Part shown: positions 1-9,140 of the stretch, in pieces
Layout of the letters: each line of letters begins with the position of its first letter
Position numbering within the stretch: position 1 is the stretch's first letter
Origin: Selaginella moellendorffii
Lineage: Eukaryota > Plantae > Lycopodiophyta
DNA length: 10,956 bases
Direction of reading: 5' to 3'
NCBI RefSeq assembly: GCF_000143415.4
Contig: NW_003314585.1
Location: 1-10,956 of the forward strand
Program-made: the position numbers and the translations under genes
Notes under the pieces: generated by a model
Database searches by the model: none
The model's input: the letters and a program-made list of their open reading frames with translations, nothing else
What the model was told of the DNA's origin: nothing

Positions 1-500
1 GGTGGTTGTGAATGTAAAGGTAGCTGTGGATATCGTGGTTAAAGTTTTCATACTCCCTATAATGCTGTTCCATAACCTTACTTGAGATGCTAATATAAAG
101 AGCAAGATTATCATATTTAACAACCACAAGAAGTGTTTGTATTATGGATGATGGGGGCATATTGAAGGTGCATGTTTTACTAAATAACAAGCACTTCAAG
201 TTCAGTAGAAATGCTAATATACATTGCATTTTGTTGTTCCAAGGAACACAAGCCCGTCACAAAAAGTTCTTGGCCCAACTTCACTTCCAAACAATGCTCA
301 TCTCATTTAAGCTACTATGTTTCAAATTGTTAGATCTTCTACAAGTGCTGGTGTAAATCATGTGGGATGACATTGCATAGCTAAGCCAATCCTATCTATT
401 GCTCAACTTTTGTAGCTAGTGCCACATCTTTTTTTATCACTTTGGCACTACAAGAGCTCCATCAATTGTGACTCGTGTTTTGGATGAGTTCAAGAAGCAT
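1..500 (+). pseudogene. gag: Gag C-terminal remnant with CCHC zinc knuckle
   Basis: 134-175 reads C-L-Y-Y-G-*-W-G-H-I-E-G-A-C, a CX2CX4HX4C motif with TGT>TAT and a probable CGA>TGA change. It lies upstream of the protease. Confidence 0.75.
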
Positions 501-530
501 GATGTTCACATGGTTGATCTTGATTGCTTT

Positions 531-900
531 AAGGATCCTGGTGCATTCTTCTGCATAACAATCATTAAGGGATGAAGTTTGCCTCACTCTATCATTGATT
601 CTAGATCTAGGATCAATATTTTGCTAAGAGTTTTGCAGTATAAGATTCAGCTTCTTATGAAGGGTGTGACTTAGATTGTTCTAAAGATCTTTGCAACAAA
701 TTTCAACTTATAAGGATTATTCGTGATGTGGAGGTGGTCATTGATGGGATCATAAGTGTTTTAAACATTTTGGCTATGGACTTCCCCAATGATGATCTCT
801 ACTTGACTAATGTATATTCTCTCCTTCTTGGTCAAGTATAGCTTAAGAACATTTCAACAAGCACTTTCTGGGTGAATGGGGTTATGAATATCACAGATGG
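531..900 (+). pseudogene. Retropepsin-type aspartic protease remnant
   Basis: KDPGAFFCITIIKG*SLPHSIIDSRSRINIL has the active-site Asp at 597-599 (DSGSG decayed to DSRSR). It is followed by IIRDVEVVIDG and LLLGQV*L (821-844, the LLGRPWL motif). Confidence 0.85.
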
Positions 901-1390
901 GGAGTGTGTTGATCATCTCTATAATCGGGATGGACTTCAACAACTAACCAAAAAAAAAACATCACTTATAAGTTAGAACTAGCTATGATGGTGGATTGTG
1001 AATCAACTAGGGATGATTCTCTAGAAGAAGTGGTGAATGTTTTGCGTGTTCATCAAATCCTATTTGACAATGAAGATATACCACTCAAGAGCTGATTAGC
1101 TAGTGTGGATTTAACAAAGCTTCATTCACATACACAGTTCAAGGAAAATCTCAGTATTGTTGATAATGATATGATTGCATAGTCTAGTCCTACTATGCCA
1201 TCTAGAGGAATTCACTCATTCTGATGATGCTACACATTCTCTAGCTTCTTAAAATCAGCTGCTTGAGTTATTTTCATCTAACAAGGACATCTTTCATGAT
1301 GCGCTCAATTTGCTTGTGTTTGGAGAGATTGAGGATAATACAATTAGGAATACTGCAAAGATAGAGGAGACAAATGCACTTTCTAGTCCT

Positions 1391-1765
1391 CATTTCTTAT
1401 TTTATAATGGAGCTTTTTCTAAAGTGCTGGGAAAAGGTGGACTTGGTGCAGTGCTATTGTCCAATGATGGCCAATTTATTAACTCATTCTCACAAAAAGT
1501 AATGACAACTTTTGCTAATAAATGTGAGTATAAAGTGGCCTCATTGGGAGTTGAGCAAGCTTTGGTGTTGGGTGTCAAGCATCTTTACATCTGCTCGGGT
1601 TTCTTGCTTCTATGCAAGTAGCTAGAAAGGAAGTTTCAACTTTGATGTCCTAGATTGCAAGCTCTTCATGAGAAACTACATCATATATTGGCTCAGTTGT
1701 CATCTTGGACCATTGAACATATTTCTTAATGTTGTTGCTGATGCACTAGCAAAATAAGGGTTGTA
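1391..1765 (+). pseudogene. Additional archaeal-type RNase HI (aRH) domain remnant located between protease and RT
   Basis: HFLFYNGAFSKVLGKGGLGAVL...ANKCEYKVASLGVEQALVLGVKHLYICSGFLLLCK*LERKFQL*CPRLQALHEKLHHILAQLSSWTIEHI/LNVVADALAK follows the aRH pattern FDGA..G.G...TNN.AEY.A...GL..AL.LG...L.I.GDS.L...Q...HI.R..N..AD.LA. Confidence 0.88.
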
Positions 1766-1936
1766 GAAGACTATTGTAGCAGAAGCCTTACTGGAGGAGG
1801 CGATCCATCCCATCAATCATGATGCAATGGTGGACATGATCAAGTTGAAGGTGTAAGTCTTCCAAGCTGAATTGGCAACAATACCTCTGGATTTAGCTAT
1901 AAAAGTAGTGAGCGAAAGTAGTTTGAGGAGGGAAAA

Positions 1937-3000
1937 GTGCTAAAGGATCTCTTTGGTGAGTTTGTGGATGTTTTTGCATGGGACTATTTAAAGTTCAAAA
2001 GCATTTCAATGGACATCATTGTCCATACTATTGCAATAAATCCAACTATCACTTCTATGAAGCATGCTCAATGTCAACTCAATCCTCTTGCATGGGACTA
2101 TTTAAAGTTCAAAGGCATTTCAATGGACATCATTGTCCATACTATTGCAATAAATCCAACCATCACTTCTATGAAGCATGCTCAATGTCAACTCAATCCT
2201 CTTCTTGAGCTATTGGTCAAAAAAGAAGTTCACAAGTTGATTGATGTTGATTTTATCTTCTTGGTGGATCTTGATGAGTGGCTCTCCTCAATTGTACAAG
2301 TCAAGAAGGCTAATAGGAGTATCTGAGTTTGTGTTGACTTTCAAAACTTGAATTGGGCAACAATTCAGAATCACTTTTCAGCATCCTTCATTGACATGAT
2401 TTTTGATGTTATCATTGGAAAGGAGGTCTACAGCAATTATAATCAATTTCAAATCCACCATCTTGACCAATTAAAGACAATGTTCTGCACTTATAGGGGA
2501 AATTTATTTATAAGGTTTTACCTTTTGACTTTGTGAATGCTCCATCCACATTTCAGCATTTTATCAACTTTGCGTTTCATGACTTGACATTCCACTCGAT
2601 GCATATATATATAAATGATTTTGCTTGTGCAAGTGATTGGCAGAAACACTTGCTGCATCTTCAATAGATCTTTGAATGTTATCACCTCTACTCAATCCAA
2701 CTCAATCTCTCAAAGTGTCGATTTATGGTTTCTAAGGGATGACTACTTGGACATATGATCTCTCAATAAGGAATCACTGCATCATCAACAAAAATCCATC
2801 AAATTATGACAAAGGTAATGCCAACTTTTGTGCAATAAGTTCACCAATTCTTGGGAGGTTTTGGGTTCTTTCAGTGATATTTCTATGGTTATGCTTCTCT
2901 TTCACAACCTCTCTAAAAGCTTCTTCGTGTTTGACAACCTTTCAAATGGACTAATAAGACTCAACATGCTTTTGAGAGGTTGACATCACTACTTTTATCC
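1937..3000 (+). pseudogene. pol: Reverse transcriptase remnant (Ty3/Gypsy, OTA-like)
   Basis: Motifs DVFAW, EWLSSIVQVKKANRSI*VCVDFQNLN, YNQ, NAPSTFQ, YIND (YIDD) at 2608-2619, KCRFMV...LLGH, FLG and FKWT. Confidence 0.95.
1974..2201 (+). repeat. 114-bp tandem duplication (2 copies, in frame) in the RT N-terminus
   Basis: Copies at 1974-2087 and 2088-2201 differ at two transitions (A2000/G2114, T2047/C2161). TT microhomology at the junction. Confidence 0.97.
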
Positions 3001-3138
3001 ACACCAATTCTTCAACCACCACAGTGGGATTGAGACTTCCATCTCTACATCTCACTCTTAGATGGTGCTTGCAAGATTTCATTGTGTCAACAAGATGATG
3101 ATTGCAAGCCTCATATGATCTACTTCACTGGGAAATGC
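3001..3138 (+). pseudogene. N-terminal remnant of the native Ty3 RNase H (tether-like, truncated)
   Basis: TPILQPPQWD*DFHLYISLLDGACKISLCQQDDDCKPHMIYFTGK aligns to P.L..PDW..PF.L..DAS..A.G.VL.Q.....H.IY.AS. Ser (3052-3054) stands at the first catalytic Asp position, and the rest of the domain is absent. Confidence 0.8.
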
Positions 3139-4345
3139 CACTCTAATGGTGTGCTTTTGCAATGTGTATTAGAAGAGGAGGTCTTGGGGGATACTCACAA
3201 GTTGCCACCCATGCAATGGCCACCTTTTAGCACTTCTCATAGGAAAGCACATCCTTTGTTCAGGTTATTACTGGTCAACTCTATTCCAAGATGTCAAGCA
3301 TTTTGTCCAGTGGTATCTTCCTTGTTAAAAGTTCCAACAAACTCAATTGATCATTAATATCCACTAGTTCCAATTGAGCCAAAGGCATCATTCACTCACT
3401 GAGGCTTGGATTTCATAAGACCATTTCCACAAGCCCAAAACTGCCATCTCTATATCATCTCAGCCACTAATTACTGCACAAAGTGGGTGGAAGCTATGTT
3501 TAAAATAAATTGGCTTAAAAAGTTCTCGATCTACTCTATGTATTTGGTTCCATACTACACATCTGCTTGATCAAGAACACATAGAAAGGCAAGGAGACCA
3601 ATGAACAAAACTTCAGAATCATTCTAGAGACCTACAGAAACTAAATTTATTAGCTGTGATCTCAGCAAATCAGAAAGCCACAACCAACTTCATCTATGAC
3701 TTATTTTGTTGCTTTGGAGTGCCTCAGATAATTGTTTCTGACTATGGCTCACACTTTATAGAGAATGTTGTCAAGGATATTTCAAGAAACTTGGCATTAA
3801 GCACACCAAAGTGAGTGCATAAGTCAACAAACAAAGTTCTCAAGGCTATGCTCCAACGCATGGTTAGTAACTGTCCTTGCTTGTAGCCATTTCATTTTTG
3901 AGGGGCATTGTGGCACTTTCAAACCACCTACAAGGCTTCCATAAGAATTACACCATATGAGTTGGTGTATAGCTTGTTGTTTTCCCAATCAACATTGAAC
4001 ATCTTGCAATTTCATTCTTAGCAGTTGTGGCTAATCCAATGACTACTCCTAAAGTCGACATCCAATTGCAACATTGCCATGATCAGCTCTTAGAGATGTT
4101 GTTGCAATCAACAAGTTGTGCCAGAGGCACATGGCTCTGCATCATGCAAAACAACATGGTGAGAGGTTCCATCCAAGTGACACAGTTTGGCTTTTCATCA
4201 AAAAGCATTATCATGGTAAGTTGGATGCACCATGGGTTGGGTTGGAAGTAACTCACCTGCCATTATCTGGAGGTGAAAAGAGTTTTTACAGGCACATGAG
4301 TGATCACATAGTACACTTTTTGTAATGGCAAGGCTCCATGATACA
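3139..4345 (+). pseudogene. Integrase remnant (HHCC, DDE core, GPY/F-like tail), interrupted by an insertion
   Basis: NGVLLQCVLEEEV, SCHPCNGH, GYYWSTLFQDVKHFVQWYLPC, *GLDFIRPFP (D 3409), TKWVEA, FGVPQIIVSDYGSHF (D 3740), TPYELVY and FHPSDTVWL...GKLDAPWVG. Confidence 0.93.
3499..3652. other. 154-bp non-integrase insertion within the integrase core
   Basis: The integrase frame breaks after KWVEAM (3498) and resumes at AVISANQKATTNFIY (3653). Removing 154 bp restores the canonical WVEAxA...F spacing. Confidence 0.85.
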
Positions 4346-4749
4346 TGTGCTTGGCTGCTTCATAAACACTCTTTTGGACTGGCTACTCATGATCTGCAAA
4401 ATGGCTCACACTTGAGGTGTTACTACTTTTGATGCTTCCATTCCATAATTTGTTTTGATTCAGTTTTGTTCTTCTAAGTGTTTTTTTTTTCGGATGATGG
4501 TGACATATTTTTGGATGGAGCCCCAACACTGTGTTGGGATCATCACCCATTGTGTCTCTTGATAACCAATTGATCATTGGTATCCTTAGGTTAGATTTGA
4601 AGATATATTGTCTATTACTTGAAGTTTACTGGAATTGTATTGATGTATAGTTGATCTTTCATGCTCATTTATCTCATATATGGCTCTTTGAGGAATATTG
4701 CATCTATGATTTTGAGTCCTTGAGAATTTTATGCTCACAGTCAATCTTT

Positions 4750-4764
4750 AGGATGGATGGTTGA
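4750..4764 (+). other. Polypurine tract of element 1 (decayed)
   Basis: TCTTT-AGGATGGATGGTTGA directly followed by TGTTAC, about 400 bp after the end of integrase. Confidence 0.6.
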
Positions 4765-5268
4765 TGTTACAAATGAAATAATGAGCTTAACAAAACTATG
4801 ATTAGGATTTACTAGCACACCTAGCAATGCACTGCAGTATAGAAAACAAAGTGATATGAAACAGAGTGATGGTTATCATATCCATTCTGAGATTTTGTGT
4901 TGAGTTTAGAGTTTTAAATGATCTTGAAGTTCTTGGAGAATAAATTTACTCTCAACTCATAGTTATGTTTGTGCTTTTGCATTTGTTTCAAAGTTTCAAT
5001 AGTTACCTTTGATGGATTTCTTTGGATGTTTTTCTTATCCTACTAGTGTCCTTTTAGTCTTCTGGTTATCCTTGAACACATATTGGTTCACAATGTTGAG
5101 ATGACTTTCCTAATGGAGAGTGCCATATGTACACATGGAAATCAGTATATATATAGTTTGTACTTAGGGCTGAGATCTCTTCTATGAGAGCACTAGTCTT
5201 TATGAGTTTTCTAGGTGATTTGGGCTAGCTTTCCAGCCCCATATCTACCAGGATTATACAAGTTAACA
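4765..5268 (+). repeat. Putative 3' LTR of element 1 (end uncertain: 5268 or 5424)
   Basis: Starts TGTTAC after the PPT and has TATATATATAG at about 5147-5157. Candidate ends are GTTAACA (5268) or GTGAACA (5424). No second LTR is in the window to confirm. Confidence 0.45.
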
Positions 5269-5951
5269 TTAGCGACATTAGTGAAAGGCATATAGATAGG
5301 CAAATAATTAGGTGGTGGAGGATATACTACTCTATTATATTAGCCAAAGTTTGTTAGTGAATTTTCTACAACAATAGCCAATATGGTATAAGATTGTATA
5401 AGAGAGGTTCAAGTCTTGTGAACATCTGATATAATATTTTGGAGGAATATTATAAAATCTTCTCATATTTAAAATTTTCTTGAGATGAAATAGGTTTATT
5501 TTTGGTTCTTCTCCTGCAAAAGGGAAAAATGCTATGATCTAGCCTAGATTGGATTGCCCTTGTGCTGAATTGGTTTAGGGCATTAGGGATATTATTGTTC
5601 ATTTTAATCGTAAAGAGAAGAATGACTTCAACTAACCTAAAGAGCCTTTGCAAGGACTTTTCAATTTCAATTTTAAGGGTAAAAATATATACTGTATAGA
5701 ATATTTTAAATAGAACTAAAGAATTTAACCCATGCCATTTGCTCCAATATCATATATGGCACACTTTTTTTTAAAAAGATCTAATGGTAATTACTTAATA
5801 AAAGAGCCTTTATTGGCTATTTTATCCCTATTTATCTCCTAAAATTCCAAAGATTCATAGTGACAATATATTTAAATCTCATTCCATAATCATATATGCT
5901 AGAAAATTGAATCTTGATGCTCTATTATCAACATTATAAATATCATAGAAG

Positions 5952-6007
5952 ACATTTTTGAATAGGACTATGAACTTACATTTTTGAATAGGACTATGAA
6001 CTTACAT
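5952..6007. repeat. Perfect 26-bp tandem duplication
   Basis: ACATTTTTGAATAGGACTATGAACTT occurs twice (5952-5977, 5978-6003), followed by ACAT (4-bp microhomology). Confidence 0.97.
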
Positions 6008-6008
6008 G

Positions 6009-6024
6009 ACATGGCATGCCATGT
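6009..6024. repeat. Perfect 16-bp palindrome
   Basis: ACATGGCATGCCATGT equals its own reverse complement. Confidence 0.9.
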
Positions 6025-6289
6025 TTTAGAATAGCACACAATAATGGATGCTTATCAAGCTGAAGTACAGACTATATATGAGAGTGGTGAATGCTGTGCT
6101 TGTTAAAGTGGATGTCATAATACCTTCATAAACTTCCTTTTCTAGAGCTAAAAACTCTCCAAGAAAAATTATCAAAGGCCTTAAATGCTCAAGGTGAAAG
6201 AGGTCATTCTGTTGTCTATCATTTGGTTTTAACACATATAGCATACAATGTCACAAACAGGAACAACTTTTTCTAGCAGCCAACTTTCT

Positions 6290-6763
6290 TCAAATCCTCC
6301 ATAGCCACCTTTTTCTCTTAGTGGAGAAAATCATAGGTATGGAGCTAGGCAAATCCTTTAATGCCTCCATTGGGGGAGGCATGTTGTGGATATGCAACAT
6401 TTTCTTGAAGTTCCTGTAAAGCTCAGAGAGGACAAATACCATGACCTTGTTGAAAACATCACTACTATTAATGACAACTTAACTTAGAGAAAGAGTCTTC
6501 ATGTTCTTCACTTCTTTCAATCTTTTTTGGATGTCTTGTTGATGTGAGACTTGCCTCCTCAAGTGATGATTGGGTTAGGTGATGATTAGAGCATTGAGCT
6601 CCTTGTCTCCTCAAATTGTGGCCTGGGAGTGATGTGCTTCACCTTGAGAGCATACCACCACAATCACTTCCACTCTCCTGTTCACTACCACATGCATCTG
6701 GGTGGGGTTAGGTCTGGTCAAGTCCAAACCTATTACCACAATGTGTTGCCATATTGAAGTTGC
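6290..6763 (-). pseudogene. Possible decayed coding frame of unknown identity
   Basis: 158 codons with three internal stops (TGA 6613-6611, TAA 6577-6575, TAA 6481-6479), each one transition from a sense codon. Preceded by an acceptor-like ATTAATTTTGCAG. Confidence 0.35.
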
Positions 6764-7029
6764 CCTGCAAAATTAATAGCCTGGAGATTGTAAAAGGAAT
6801 GCATACATCTGATGAAGACCCAGCATCTTGTGTACAGCCTTAGATCATTGACTTCCCTGCCATTCACATCTGAGATCCAGCCAGGTCAACAGGGAGTCAA
6901 GGGTGACTTAAAATATTCTGGTACATAAAAGAATATTTTGTTAAGGTTTTAGAGGTTAAATGTTTTATTAAATAGGTATTTTAAATAATTCATAATGTTA
7001 ATAATATTTAGAAGTTTTTCCTTATCATC

Positions 7030-7205
7030 TATGAGTGCATGGAATATGAAAAGGGAATACAGAAAATGTGTATATCAATTAGCCCAAAAACCCTAACTTA
7101 TATACAAGAGCGAGTGGTTCAGATTGAAATCAATCTGACAGCTACCAAAATCTCACTACACTAATATTAGTATACAGCATCGTAGTCGTACACTTGGACC
7201 TCACA
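7030..7205 (-). repeat. Putative short (about 176 bp) 3' LTR of element 2
   Basis: The minus strand begins TGTGAG right after the PPT and ends CTCATA (CTCACA with one C>T), giving a terminal inverted repeat. It contains TATATAAG (7104-7097). CpG density falls sharply beyond it. Confidence 0.65.
7081..7104 (-). promoter_or_regulatory. LTR core promoter: TATA box with adjacent telo-box and site II motif
   Basis: The + strand has AGCCCA (7081-7086), AAACCCTAA (7088-7096) and CTTATATA (7097-7104, which is TATATAAG on the minus strand). Confidence 0.45.
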
Positions 7206-7220
7206 TCATCACTTCCTCTC
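7206..7220 (-). other. Polypurine tract of element 2
   Basis: Minus-strand GAGAGGAAGTGATGA directly precedes the LTR start TG, shortly after the pol stop codons. Confidence 0.7.
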
Positions 7221-7236
7221 GGAATAATGGAAGACT

Positions 7237-8460
7237 ATCAAGGTTCTCTCATAGATGGGCTGGGATCTAGAGGAACATCAAGAGGAGACATTGGTGGATC
7301 TATAGATGGTATTAGTTGTTCTTGATCCCTTGGTACAAAGCGTTTCAACCCCTGCACATGCACAATTTATGAAGGATCAGCTTGCTGGACGTCATGTTAA
7401 ACCTCATAAACTTATGGTCCAACTTCTTGCAACACTTGATATAATCCTTTCCACTGAGTAAGGAGCCTCTTAGATAAACCACATACCGTAAGATGGGGAA
7501 AATAGCTAACACCAAGTCATCCCCTTTATATTTTGTAGGTGGACGATGATGAGAGTTGTAGTGTCATTGTTATCCCACTTGTATGTGGTCTAGGTGTTCG
7601 GTAGACTTTGCTCGGACAAATTGGAAGAATGTTCATCAAATACTGCTCCCATGACTTAGCATCAGCAATTTGTGGCAATCATGAAGGTAAACCCAGCTTG
7701 ATTGGTAATATTGGATCATGACCATATAGGAGTTTATATGGTGAAGCACTAACAAAATTCTACACCCCTATAATATATGCATACTAAAGAAATGGCAAAT
7801 AACCATCCTAATCTGAATGTTCAAAGTTCACATACTTCACGATCATCCCTTTGAATGTCCAAATGAGCCATTCTAACAAACCATTTGATTGTGAATGATA
7901 AGCACTTGTGAAAGTGTAGCGTATCTCCAACTGAGATGTCAAAACATGAAATGCCTCAAGCATAAATGTGGGACCATTATTCGAAAGAATCTGCTCAAGA
8001 CAAGAATGTTGAAATACCACTCGATTGAGGAGGAAGTATCCAACAGTAGTTGTAAAGGCACTAGCAAGAGCACTAACTTCCACCCAATGAGTCAAGTAGT
8101 AAAAAGTAATAATAATATATTCATTACTAGTAGTTAATCATGGAAAAAGGTACTATAAAATCAAACACCACAAACTCAAATGGACGGGAAACTGCAATTG
8201 ACTCCAACATGAGGGGGAGTATTATGAGCTTGGCACCAAATGCAGCTATGCACATACTAAATAACATCACATCACATCTTTGGCTAATAGAAAGACTTAG
8301 GTAGCTTTTCAGTCACACAACGACATCCCATATACCTGCCTAGAACAGGAAAATTATGGTAGGTACAGAGAAACCGTGGAATAAAGATTAAAGGTACCAC
8401 TAACTGTAAATGATCATCAGGATTCATCCCCACAAAATAAAGAAAGCCGTCTTCAAGGCA
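7237..8460 (-). pseudogene. Integrase remnant of element 2
   Basis: LEDGFLYF, LQLVVP, YH...FY*PKM*CDVI*YVHSCIWCQ, RPFEFVVFDF, THWVEV, ILSNNGPTF, SAYHSQSNGLLE, WKGLY and VHVQGLKRF, then a short Pro-rich tail. Confidence 0.93.
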
Positions 8461-8730
8461 ATATTGAGAATATAAATGCTAGAATGGCAAGTCATTAGCA
8501 AGTGATGCAAGATTCTCAAACCCTTCTTGAAGCCTTTGAATTCATATCTCAATCTTTTTAGCCTCGCGAAACTCATCAAGAGAAGGTAGATCTTGCTCTA
8601 CACCTTGGGGTCATTTAACGTCAAGTACATCAACCGCCGATGGCATAGAATCCTTGTCTAGAAAATCCACAGATGCTGAAATAACAGGCTCATAAAAAAC
8701 ATGAGAAAAGAGCGAAGAAGAAAAAGGAGC

Positions 8731-9140
8731 TCAAGAAAGGGCATTAACATCAACTATAAAACTCTCCGAGCAATGAACAACATCAAAATCATATATTTGA
8801 AGCTTCAAAGCCCACCGAGTAGTACAACCAACTAAGTTCTTCCGCTTCAATAATGAAGTAACGGCAGCATGATCACCTTTTAATAACGTCCAAGAACCAT
8901 ATAGATATACATGAAGTTTCTTAAAACCCAGATTGCTACTAAACACTCTTTCTTTGTCATGGAGTAGTTCACTTTCACTAATTGTAATGTACGGCTGATG
9001 TATGCAATGGGATGGCATTAACCAAGCACACTCGGGCTCTTTGGCATTAATACACCTCCAAAACTAATATCAGAAGCATCCACGCGTAAAATGAAAAGTC
9101 GAGTGTAATCAAGATACGCCAAAACTAGAGGAGTTGTTAA
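8731..9140 (-). pseudogene. Ty3-type RNase H remnant of element 2
   Basis: PLVLAYLDYTRLFILRVDASDISFGGVL (DAS 9080-9072), HPIAYISR, NYSMTKKECL, YLYG...GDHAA, RWALKLQIYDFDVVH and VNALS. Confidence 0.92.

Larger units (their letters stand above)
1..5268 (+). mobile_element. Decayed Ty3/Gypsy LTR retrotransposon, OTA/Tat-like (element 1); 5' part lies outside the window
   Basis: Collinear remnants of a Gag zinc knuckle, protease, aRH, RT, RNase H N-terminus and integrase, then a PPT and a TG-starting LTR. Many stops and frameshifts. The right end is uncertain. Confidence 0.93.

Noticed and set aside
1978-2208. Cys/His-rich repeated 76-aa ORF as a metal-binding peptide
   Set aside because: It is an alternative-frame reading of the duplicated RT segment.
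1937-3000. Prokaryotic RT system (retron, DGR, group II intron)
   Set aside because: The RT motifs and the flanking protease, RNase H and integrase are of Ty3/Gypsy type.
3498-3653. The integrase insertion as a GT-AG intron
   Set aside because: Splicing at GT3498 and AG3653 removes 156 bp and leaves integrase out of frame. Only a 154-bp removal restores it.
5375-5417. tRNA/SINE-like A box (TAGCCAATATGGT) and B box (GGTTCAAGTC)
   Set aside because: The box starts are only 31 bp apart (about 45 in tRNAs), and there is no cloverleaf, A-tail or TSD.
5430-5454. TATAATATT/AATATTATA hairpin
   Set aside because: The arms are all A/T and low complexity, so chance is likely.
5952-6007. CRISPR-like repeat
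   Set aside because: Two directly abutting copies with no spacer, no cas genes and a eukaryotic retroelement context.
4383-6244. Short ORFs 4383-4577, 5450-5653 and 6026-6244 as genes
   Set aside because: They are short, show no recognisable motifs and lie in decayed AT-rich DNA. The last could continue the 6290-6763 frame, but this is unsupported.
6311-6400. Three adjacent short hairpins (TTTTCTC/GAGAAAA, ATGCCTCC/GGAGGCAT, ATGTTG/CAACAT)
   Set aside because: Stems of 6-8 bp can arise by chance, and no known RNA family is recognisable.
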